Made by a program: the position numbers and the translations under genes
Assembly (NCBI GenBank): GCA_963662715.1
Contig: OY759724.1
Location: forward strand, 1,882,662 to 1,946,661
Length of the DNA stretch: 64,000 nt
Origin: Candidatus Omnitrophota bacterium
Lineage (GTDB): Bacteria > Omnitrophota > Gorgyraeia > Zapsychrales > JANLHA01
Direction of reading: 5' to 3'
In this document: piece by piece, positions 40,215 through 48,293 of the stretch
Layout: each line of letters begins with the position of its first letter
Position numbering within the stretch: position 1 is the first letter of the stretch
The notes under the pieces: generated by a model
What the model saw: only the letters and a program-made list of their open reading frames with translations
Databases searched by the model: none
What the model was told of the DNA's origin: nothing

Positions 40215-40916
40215 ATGCCCAATATACTTTTGATGTTTTTGTGGTATTTTGTATTTCTTTTTTCTCTAGTAATGCATGAAGCTAGTCATGCATGGGCATC
40301 AATGAAATTGGGGGATTATACTGCTTATGAAGGAGGTCAAGTAACGCTGGACCCAATTCCACATATGCGACAGGAACCATTTGGGACAATCCTTGTGCCG
40401 ATATTGACATATTTTTTTTATGGCTGGATGATGGGGTGGGCTAGTGCCCCATATAATTTTCGTTGGGCTTTAAACTATCCTAAATCCGCGGCTTTAATGA
40501 GTCTTGCCGGGCCTTTAGCAAATTTGGGTCTTGTAATAATATCTGGAATAATAATACGTATTGGAATATTGTTTGGTTTATTTTATCCTCCTGATTATAT
40601 GAATTTTATAACTATAGTATCCACAAGTCATGGAGGCCTTATTCACTCATTAACAATTTTATTAAGTATAGCATTTTCTCTTAACGTTTTATTGTTTGTT
40701 TTTAGCCTTTTACCTTTTCCTCCTCTTGATAGCAGTGGAATTGTTCCTTTATTATTTAAGTATGAAGAAGATTCAGTGAAATATCTGCATTTTATCCGTA
40801 ATCCAACTTTTTCAATTATAGGTATTATAATAGCTTGGCATATTTTAGATATTATCTTTAATCCTATTCATACAACATTCGTGAATGTTCTTTATTCAGG
40901 ATTAGTATATTATTAA
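40215..40916 (+). CDS. cassette-borne M50/site-2 protease family paralog
   Basis: HEASHAW (HExxH) in TM1, PPLDSSG; AT-rich; diverged paralog of the chromosomal gene at 3145-3759. Confidence 0.65.
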   Translation: MPNILLMFLWYFVFLFSLVMHEASHAWASMKLGDYTAYEGGQVTLDPIPHMRQEPFGTILVPILTYFFYGWMMGWASAPYNFRWALNYPKSAALMSLAGPLANLGLVIISGIIIRIGILFGLFYPPDYMNFITIVSTSHGGLIHSLTILLSIAFSLNVLLFVFSLLPFPPLDSSGIVPLLFKYEEDSVKYLHFIRNPTFSIIGIIIAWHILDIIFNPIHTTFVNVLYSGLVYY

Positions 40917-40931
40917 AGAAATTATAAAAAC

Positions 40932-41010
40932 ATCTAACAAGTCACTTCATCGTCCCCGCCTCGTCACAGTGCGGCTTCGGCAGACCGCCGGTGATGCGCA
41001 GGCGTTGGAT
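40932..41010 (+). repeat. attC-like site H (ATCTAAC ... GTTGGAT)
   Basis: 79 bp GC-rich element CGTCCCCGCCTCGTCAC..CGGCTTCGGC with an inverse-core/core pair. Confidence 0.65.
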
Positions 41011-41028
41011 TAAGAAAGGAGTAATAGG

Positions 41029-41496
41029 ATGAGACGCAATAAATATATTATTTTAGGCGTGTCTTTAGTGATTTTACTGAATCCATGTGTTATAAATTTA
41101 TCTTATGCAAATGATGACGGAGTGATGTCTTATATTGAACAAGGGATAGCCTCAACAAAAGTAACAGAACAAGTGTATTGGTATAAACAAGCTCATGAGA
41201 AATTTCCTTATCACCTGATGCCATATGGTCTTTTAATCAGCATTTATATATCGCAAGCAATAGAAAAACGTTCTTCTGGGGATTTGCCGAGTGCTCTTAA
41301 TCTATTAAAAGAGGTGAAAGAATTGGATAATAAGTTGTTAGATATACTTGAGAACGAGCCTGATAAGTTTCTTAAAGAGAATGCTGAGTGGATCGCAGAA
41401 ACTCCCAATTTTACAATAGAAAAACAAATACAAGTTATGAAAGAAAAAAAGAGGAATCTTAAGATGATGGAGAAAGAGTGGAAAAAGATTAAATAA
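41029..41496 (+). CDS. cassette: secreted hypothetical protein
   Basis: signal peptide; K/E-rich C-terminus; AT-rich. Confidence 0.5.
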   Translation: MRRNKYIILGVSLVILLNPCVINLSYANDDGVMSYIEQGIASTKVTEQVYWYKQAHEKFPYHLMPYGLLISIYISQAIEKRSSGDLPSALNLLKEVKELDNKLLDILENEPDKFLKENAEWIAETPNFTIEKQIQVMKEKKRNLKMMEKEWKKIK

Positions 41497-41537
41497 TTTG
41501 AATAAATTTTTTAAATAAAAAAATAAAGCGAACAATG

Positions 41538-41612
41538 ATCTAACAAGTCATCCCGTCGTCCCCGCCTCGTCACGGTGCGGATTCGGCCGGGACCAATGAT
41601 GCGCAATTCAAT
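41538..41612 (+). repeat. attC-like site I (ATCTAAC ..., degenerate core end)
   Basis: about 85% identical to site H over the first 60 bp; the R' region reads ATTCAAT instead of GTTRRRY. Confidence 0.5.
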
Positions 41613-41627
41613 CTTTAAAAGGAGTTC

Positions 41628-42758
41628 ATGATGAAATATAAAGTATCCATGTGGATTGGTGTGCTGTTGCTTGTTGGAATGAGCGTTGTCTCCTGTGGAA
41701 GAGGGGGTAATGAAAAAAACAACAACGCAATCAGTCCTGCGAATAACCTTGCGTCAACGGGTTCAGCCATGCCGAACGCAAGAAAAGTCCCGGAGATCAA
41801 CATAGACTTAGAACCGTATAATGCCGGTTTTTTTACGATACAAAAGCCGGCAGGATGGCAGATTTATATCGCGGGACATTGTTCGACACTGGCTTTTCTG
41901 ATGCAGGACCCTAATCAACCGTTGCGCCGGTGCTTTATGTTCAGCGAGATCGGCCCTTTTTATATCAGTGATATGCAAAAGACAATCGATTTGCAGTATA
42001 TGAACAGCGGAGGATTCCCTGTGGCATGGATTGAAATGCCGGTGGTCGATCCGCTCACGCCGGAGAATTTTTTGGCGCATTTTAAGGATATCGCCGACAC
42101 CGGACTTGCCCGTCAATTCATGTCCATGGTTCCGCAGCTTGAGAATATTCAGATTGTGTCTTCCGTTGAACAATCAAGCCCTTACGGCCAAAATTTTCAA
42201 ACTTCCCTGATGCGTGCGGTGTATGAGGAGAATGGAGCAGCCGGCGAAGGGTTGTTCCTTGTGTCCGTTGCGCCATTTATGCCGTTCATGAACGCGCCGG
42301 GAGGGGGCAATGCCTGTGCGTTGTCTTTTGTCGGTATCTCGGCGCCGCAGGACGAATTCGCGTCATTACAGGAGAGCCTTCTCTCCTGTGTGCGCAGTTT
42401 TAACTTGAGTTCGCAATATGTGCAAGATTGCCTTCGACAGCAAGCAGAGACATGGCAGGGAGTCATGAGAGCCGGTGAGACATTGAGTGAAACGGCTGAC
42501 ATTATTATGGAAGGGTGGGAGAGGCGAAACCAAACGGATGATATTATTGCAGAAAAACGCAGCGATGCAATCCTGGGGAACGAACGGTTATATGACCCGG
42601 ATACTGGACAAGTATATGAATTTGAGAGCGGATTTTATGATAAATATCATTTGGAACGCCAGCACTATAAACTATTCAATCTGCAACCGTTGCCTGACGA
42701 TGATTATACTCTTTGGACTGCCCCGGCCATGGACGGATATCGAGCGTTGGGCAATTAA
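41628..42758 (+). CDS. lipoprotein, unknown function
   Basis: signal peptide with lipobox VVSCG; host-like GC. Confidence 0.55.
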   Translation: MMKYKVSMWIGVLLLVGMSVVSCGRGGNEKNNNAISPANNLASTGSAMPNARKVPEINIDLEPYNAGFFTIQKPAGWQIYIAGHCSTLAFLMQDPNQPLRRCFMFSEIGPFYISDMQKTIDLQYMNSGGFPVAWIEMPVVDPLTPENFLAHFKDIADTGLARQFMSMVPQLENIQIVSSVEQSSPYGQNFQTSLMRAVYEENGAAGEGLFLVSVAPFMPFMNAPGGGNACALSFVGISAPQDEFASLQESLLSCVRSFNLSSQYVQDCLRQQAETWQGVMRAGETLSETADIIMEGWERRNQTDDIIAEKRSDAILGNERLYDPDTGQVYEFESGFYDKYHLERQHYKLFNLQPLPDDDYTLWTAPAMDGYRALGN

Positions 42759-42763
42759 GAAAG

Positions 42764-43552
42764 ATGAACGAAATTCAATATCCATCCAGCCGGCGGTTCA
42801 CATTTGATGTGGGCAGAATCGGGCGCGAGAAACATCATGTTAAAGCGCTGCTGGAAGTTGACATTACCGACGTGCGAAGTAAAATCAAGCAGAACCGGCG
42901 TTCCGGCAAAAAGAGATCATTCACGGCCTGGCTGGTTAAAGTAATCGCCGACTGCGTCGCCCTCCATCCTCCGATAAACGGAATAAACTGTCCCGGGAGA
43001 AACAGAGCCGTGGTGTTCGATGATGTCGATATCTCGCTTATTTTTGAGAAGGAGGTCAACGGCACACGAGTACCGCTTCCGTATGTGATTAGAAAAGCGG
43101 ATCAAAAAACACTCAGTCAGATATATTCCGAAATTGAATCAGTGAAATCTCAGGTCATTGAGAATGAAGGTGATTACGTGTTGGGGGAAAGGCATAACCC
43201 TTCGGGAATGAAGTTGTTCTCCGGCCTGCCGCAATGGCTTCGGCTGCTGTTAATGCGGATATTTGTTTTCAGCAGTCCATATCGATTAAAAAATATGATG
43301 GGTACGGTGATGGTCACTAGCTCCGGGATGATAGGCCATACAAGGGGATGGATAATCCCCTTTAGTATGCATCCTCTTTGTTTGGCTTTGGGTTCCTTGA
43401 ATGCGCAACCTGTAGCCTGTCGCGGAGAAATCAAAATCAGAGAGATCCTGCATTTGACTGTGCTGATTGATCATGATGTGATTGATGGGGTGCCGGCGGC
43501 AAAGTTTGTCGATGATTTGGTGAGGAAACTGGAAGGGGGTTTTGGTCTATGA
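42764..43552 (+). CDS. 2-oxoacid dehydrogenase acyltransferase (E2) catalytic-domain-only protein
   Basis: C-terminal DHDVIDGVPAAKFV catalytic His/Asp motif of the CAT-like E2 core; no lipoyl or E3-binding domains. Confidence 0.6.
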   Translation: MNEIQYPSSRRFTFDVGRIGREKHHVKALLEVDITDVRSKIKQNRRSGKKRSFTAWLVKVIADCVALHPPINGINCPGRNRAVVFDDVDISLIFEKEVNGTRVPLPYVIRKADQKTLSQIYSEIESVKSQVIENEGDYVLGERHNPSGMKLFSGLPQWLRLLLMRIFVFSSPYRLKNMMGTVMVTSSGMIGHTRGWIIPFSMHPLCLALGSLNAQPVACRGEIKIREILHLTVLIDHDVIDGVPAAKFVDDLVRKLEGGFGL

Positions 43553-43727
43553 ATGAAGAACCATTCTTGCTGACGATAGCCGGAATATTGGACGGGCCGC
43601 CGGACAAATCACTCAAGTCGGCCGTAACGCATGACGCGGCCTTTGAATAAAAAGCAAATCCTGCGCCACGCTTTAAGCGGGCATGTGAAATCCCGTTGGC
43701 AGGGATTTTAAGAGAAAGGAGGGGAAG

Positions 43728-44156
43728 ATGAGTTCGGATGTCAGACAAAATATCATTGAAATGTTAAGATTTCCTCAGCTGTCCAACCTGGCGACAATAA
43801 CGCTGGACGGCAAGCCCTGGACCCGTTATGTCATGATAAAGTCAGATAATGAATTTCACCTTCGGTCTGCCGTTTGTATTCATTCAAGAAAAATCAAGCA
43901 AATAGAGAAGAATCCGGAAGTTCATTTGACCTTTGGGATAAATGATCCTCAGGATCTAAGCAAGCCATACGTACAAATACAGGGGAAAGCCAGAATAACG
44001 ACCGACCAAAAGGAAAAAAGCGATTACTGGTTTGATATGCTTTCAGCTGTTTTTTCAGGGCCGGAGGACCCCGATTATTCTATATTGGTTGTTGAACCTT
44101 ACCGTGCAGAATTCATCGGGCCGGGATCAATGACTCCTGAAGTATGGGAGAAGTGA
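43728..44156 (+). CDS. pyridoxamine 5'-phosphate oxidase-like FMN-binding (general stress protein 26-like) protein
   Basis: split-barrel pattern LATITLDGKPWTRYV...IEKNPEVHLTF...YVQIQGKARI...ILVVEPYRAEF. Confidence 0.6.
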   Translation: MSSDVRQNIIEMLRFPQLSNLATITLDGKPWTRYVMIKSDNEFHLRSAVCIHSRKIKQIEKNPEVHLTFGINDPQDLSKPYVQIQGKARITTDQKEKSDYWFDMLSAVFSGPEDPDYSILVVEPYRAEFIGPGSMTPEVWEK

Positions 44157-44238
44157 AATCTTGTCATGCGTCACTCCATCGGCCCCGCCTCGCCACGATA
44201 CGGCTTCGGCCGGGGCCGCCGGATTCCTGGCGTTAGGA
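44156..44238 (+). repeat. attC-like site J (... GTTAGGA)
   Basis: same family as sites H and I (TCAC.CCATCGGCCCCGCCTCGCCAC..CGGCTTCGGCC); core-like GTTAGGA; the inverse core is degenerate. Confidence 0.5.
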
Positions 44239-44286
44239 TTTAAAAATATTTCATGATACTTAACCGTAATATTGACAGGAACGAAA

Positions 44287-44436
44287 ATGGAACGTCAGAA
44301 ACTGATCTTGGCTTTAATTGCCCCCGGAGGAGTCGCCGTCATGGGGCTGCTGTTGGGGATAGATCAGCTTTTTATAGCCGGAGCGTGCTTTACCGGACTT
44401 GTTTTAGTCGCTGCCGTGCTTCGGAAAATGTCTTAG
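44287..44436 (+). CDS. small membrane protein (49 aa)
   Basis: ATG 44287; two predicted short TM segments; possible last cassette. Confidence 0.3.
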   Translation: MERQKLILALIAPGGVAVMGLLLGIDQLFIAGACFTGLVLVAAVLRKMS

Positions 44437-44511
44437 GGGAAGTGAAGACACAGGCTTGCCGCTGATTGAGCTGAACTGAGGGCCAGGATTCATCTGGAGA
44501 CAGGGGCTTTT

Positions 44512-45039
44512 TCATCGCCGGGGGCATCTTTTTTTTATGACGACTTTTCTCGGACATCCGGCAGGTGCTTTTAGGATTTGGATCGTGCCCGCGGACACCC
44601 GGCGTACGGACGCCCCGGGATCACCCCCGAGATCGGCAATGGTTTTCTGGCATTCCGAATATGCCGTTTGATAAGCTGCCTTGAGGGCCTGCTCCTGCTT
44701 TTTCCACTCTTGCACGGCCAAACGACGGGCATCCCGGTCATTCCCGGATTTTTTTATGTCATTTAATTGATCTTTAAGCTCGTCACGCAACCGTTCCCTT
44801 TCCCTTGAATAAATTTCCTTGATTTCCTCCAGACGCAGTTGCGCTTTTTCCAGGGCTTTTTGTTTTAAAATATCCGGACCGGCAGGGCTCTCTTTTTCCC
44901 CGCTTTGTTCCTCCGGACCTTTTACAGGATTGTTTTCAGCCGGGCTGTCTTGTGTCTCTCCTGAGCCCCCCAAAAAGACAGAGACAGCGATTATAATAAC
45001 CGCGAGCTGTCCTTTTTTATAAAAAAGTTTTTGTATCAT
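44512..45039 (-). CDS. secreted coiled-coil protein
   Basis: start taken at MIQKLFYKK before the signal peptide; charged heptad-like central region. Confidence 0.45.
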   Translation of the reverse strand: MIQKLFYKKGQLAVIIIAVSVFLGGSGETQDSPAENNPVKGPEEQSGEKESPAGPDILKQKALEKAQLRLEEIKEIYSRERERLRDELKDQLNDIKKSGNDRDARRLAVQEWKKQEQALKAAYQTAYSECQKTIADLGGDPGASVRRVSAGTIQILKAPAGCPRKVVIKKRCPRR

Positions 45040-45400
45040 AACGGCGCCTGTCTCTTTATTATCCCTATCCCTGTTTATTCTAAATATACCGTTTTGAGTC
45101 CATTTGTGCAAGATGTCTCTGCCGTCCGCCTCCGGCACGCCTTCTCTGACACACGCCGGAACCCGCAGGGCCGAGCCGGTGGACAGACCGCTGCTCCAGA
45201 CAAATCAGACTTGTTCCGGCTTTGCGGTCTGACGGCGGTTGTTCTGAAGATTCACCCGGGAAGGCCGGGAAGAATACGGCATAAAAAAAGCTAATATTCA
45301 ATAATACGGCGGCTTTTTGATATAATAAGCTATTCCCTTGTCCCGGGGGAGAGGTCCGTGATATAGACAAATAATTTTTAATGATACAGGGAGGAGTTTT

Positions 45401-46057
45401 ATGAACAGAATATTATTCCCGGTCTGTCCTTTAGTGTTGGCGTTTGTTCTTGCTTGCACGCTTGTGACGGCTGCTCAGGACGTTGAGCCGGTCCGGCTTT
45501 TAACTCCGCAAACGGACGGGGGCCGACCCTTCATGCAAGTGTTAGGAGACCGGAGTTCTCGGCGCGCATTCAGTTCTCAGGAACTGTCCGGGCAGATGCT
45601 TTCCAATCTGCTTTGGGCCGCGTTTGGTGTCAACCGTCAGGATTCAGGAAAGCGTACGGCGCCGTCTGCCGTGAATTGGCAGGAGATTGATATCTATGTG
45701 GCTCTCGCTCAAGGGCTTTATCTGTACGATGCCCCGGAACATATCTTGAAACCGGTTCTGGCGGAAGATATCAGAGCGCTGACAGGACGCCAGCCTTTCA
45801 CCCAGGATGCTCCGGTAAACCTTATTTACGTGGCCGATCGTTCACGTATGGGTTGGGCCGGAGACGAGGATAAGGATTTTTATTCCGCGGTAGATACAGG
45901 ATTTATCAGCCAGAATGTCTACCTGTTCTGTGCTTCAGAAGGACTGGCGACTGTTGTTCTGGGCATGGTTGACAAGCCGGTCCTCGCGGAAAAGATGGGG
46001 CTGCGTTCTGACCAGCAAATTATGTTGACGCAACCCGTAGGATATCTGAAAAAATAG
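45401..46057 (+). CDS. SagB-type nitroreductase-family protein with signal peptide
   Basis: LWAAFGVNR and later GLATVVLG pattern of the nitroreductase fold; paralog at 63042-63644. Confidence 0.6.
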   Translation: MNRILFPVCPLVLAFVLACTLVTAAQDVEPVRLLTPQTDGGRPFMQVLGDRSSRRAFSSQELSGQMLSNLLWAAFGVNRQDSGKRTAPSAVNWQEIDIYVALAQGLYLYDAPEHILKPVLAEDIRALTGRQPFTQDAPVNLIYVADRSRMGWAGDEDKDFYSAVDTGFISQNVYLFCASEGLATVVLGMVDKPVLAEKMGLRSDQQIMLTQPVGYLKK

Positions 46058-46145
46058 CCGGAACAAGCGGCTTAAAGTTATAATATGAATTCTGCCCTTC
46101 CCGGGGGGGGGCAGCAACCTTTGAGTTTCTCAGCCCGGGAGTCCT

Positions 46146-46439
46146 ATGAAAAAAAGAATTTTATACAGCCTGTTATTCGCATTGGGCACGATTATTTGCA
46201 GAAGATACGTTTGCTTTTACCGGGGCTGTTTCTGGGGATGGGGGTTCCCGTTTTTTGTCATAACGGCGGATTCCGCGAAGTCACCTCTTTCCATAACGCT
46301 GCCTGTATATCTGGATCCGGCCGGGGATATCCAGGCCTTGGGGGGAGGATTAGCTTTTGATTTCCTGCAGTTTTTTGCGAATTTCGTGTTTTATTTTGTT
46401 GTGATAAAATTTTTTGTTTCCAAGTATATGAAAAGTTGA
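46146..46439 (+). CDS. hypothetical small hydrophobic protein
   Basis: ORF only; aromatic-rich; weak support. Confidence 0.2.
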   Translation: MKKRILYSLLFALGTIICRRYVCFYRGCFWGWGFPFFVITADSAKSPLSITLPVYLDPAGDIQALGGGLAFDFLQFFANFVFYFVVIKFFVSKYMKS

Positions 46440-46542
46440 TTTGTTCCTTGATGAAAAGGTGCTGCCGGGGGAGGAAGCCTTTGAGGCTGTCTTGACCCGG
46501 TCCGGGGCTGGTGGTGAAACGGTCCCGGAGAAAGGAGGAGGC

Positions 46543-47481
46543 ATGAAAATGTGTTCAGGTTTAAAAAAGATAAGTCCTGTGATTGTTTTTTCCCTGTGTT
46601 TCTGTGTCAGCACGGTTGCGGCCCAGGCCGCTGAAAAAGTTTCTTTTTCCTTTAACCCGGAGGACGGGATCACGTTCTTCCAGATATTGACCACAACCCG
46701 GGAGAGAGACACCGGCGGGGCCGGCCGTCAGGTGGATGAAGCGGTTTCCAAGACAAAAATAACCATGAACAGGACGGACACCGGCTGGGACGTCGTGACG
46801 GAACCGGTATCCACGGTCATGAAACGGGACGGCCGGGAGATCGAGAATCCGTTCGTAGATGTGCTGTCAAAACTGACCGTGACTTATAAATTGGACCCGG
46901 AGGGGCATATCCTGGATATTGAAGGATATGAGGCTGTTGTGGACGCCTTGAAAAGTCAGTTCCCGCCGCCTTTGGGGCAGCAGTTTGCCAAAACGATGAA
47001 TAGCGGCATATTAAAAGAAAAAGCGACTTCTGAATGGAACAGTTCTGTTGGGGACTTCGTGGGGAAGACGGTTCAAATCGGGGACATCTGGTCGGCAGCC
47101 GTTCCTTATACGTTGCCTGACGGATCTGTTCTGGAATATAATGTCATGACCAAATTTCAGGCCCTGGAACCCTGCGCCCAAACACAGTGTGTCCGTATCG
47201 AGCAGGTATCTGCCAATGAGGATGCTGATTTAAGTTTTGTCAATGAAACTTTGAAGGACGCCGCTGAAGCCGCCCGGCAGACGGGAGAGCAAAATGTCCC
47301 GGAAATCCGGGCCAAAGATTCCACCATGGAAGGCCGGTCTGTCAGGCTGATCGACCCTAAAACCATGTTGATTTATCATGAGGAAGTGGAGAGAACAACG
47401 ACCATCATGGTTGATTTCCCGCAGGTAGGCGTGGTCCCGACAACGATGAAAGAAAAAAGGCTGTACGAATTTGAATATTAA
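46543..47481 (+). CDS. secreted hypothetical protein
   Basis: aaaggaggagg RBS; signal peptide VIVFSLCFCVSTVAAQA. Confidence 0.55.
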   Translation: MKMCSGLKKISPVIVFSLCFCVSTVAAQAAEKVSFSFNPEDGITFFQILTTTRERDTGGAGRQVDEAVSKTKITMNRTDTGWDVVTEPVSTVMKRDGREIENPFVDVLSKLTVTYKLDPEGHILDIEGYEAVVDALKSQFPPPLGQQFAKTMNSGILKEKATSEWNSSVGDFVGKTVQIGDIWSAAVPYTLPDGSVLEYNVMTKFQALEPCAQTQCVRIEQVSANEDADLSFVNETLKDAAEAARQTGEQNVPEIRAKDSTMEGRSVRLIDPKTMLIYHEEVERTTTIMVDFPQVGVVPTTMKEKRLYEFEY

Positions 47482-47663
47482 TTATAATAATCAAATGTTA
47501 TAAGGAATTGTCCGCAGATTTGACAGGGGTGTGCGTTCATATTGATAGAGAGTGGATGCCTTGCCTGCCGGAACAGTTCATCATTCAGGAATGCACAGCC
47601 TGTAAATTTTTTTACCCGTCCGCCGGACTTGCGGGCTGCTGAAGAAAAGAGTATCATAAAAAG

Positions 47664-48293
47664 ATGATGTCCCCACAACAGCCAGACAAAGTCTCGAGTT
47701 TCCCCACTTTTATCCGAACGCTTCAAAACGATTTTTATTCCCGCCAATGGTTCTCGCATCTTCTATGGCACCCTGCGATAAGCTCTGCCTTGATCTCAGA
47801 TAAAAATAGACGGGAGACATACCGGACGCTCGCCCGTATCGAGCGACAAGAGCTTGGGCTTTATGTGTTGTCTTTATTGCTGCTGCTCGGGATGGCAACG
47901 CCCTTCCGGCTTCCGGCTGTCCTGTGTCTGCTTCTTGTTTTAATGGCGCACAGTTACCTTTCGAATAAGAAGAAAGCTCTCGTTGTTCAACTGAGTGCCG
48001 TCTGGCTGCGAACGGAATTCCCCCCGGAGACTTTTGACCAGAAAACCCTGTATCAAATCACGGAAATATTAAGCAGGAAGTATGACACCGTGTCGTTGGT
48101 GGACACGCTGTATTTCAGTGATTCCATTTTAAGAATACTTTACATAGGGTTATTCGTGTTCTTGCTCATCCCTTATCCTGTCCTGAATTTTTTTCTGTTC
48201 GCGGCCTGGGTCGTAACCGGGATTTTTTTGATCCGGTATATCCTGAATAACCGCCGCATCTATCAGAACCGCCGTCTTATGGACATGATTTAA
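47664..48293 (+). CDS. hypothetical membrane protein
   Basis: several predicted TM helices. Confidence 0.5.
   Translation: MMSPQQPDKVSSFPTFIRTLQNDFYSRQWFSHLLWHPAISSALISDKNRRETYRTLARIERQELGLYVLSLLLLLGMATPFRLPAVLCLLLVLMAHSYLSNKKKALVVQLSAVWLRTEFPPETFDQKTLYQITEILSRKYDTVSLVDTLYFSDSILRILYIGLFVFLLIPYPVLNFFLFAAWVVTGIFLIRYILNNRRIYQNRRLMDMI

Noticed and set aside
46146-46439. Intergenic 97-aa ORF between the nitroreductase and the secreted protein
   Set aside because: Kept only as a low-confidence feature: no RBS, odd aromatic-rich composition, and it lies in a GC-rich stretch that might instead be regulatory.
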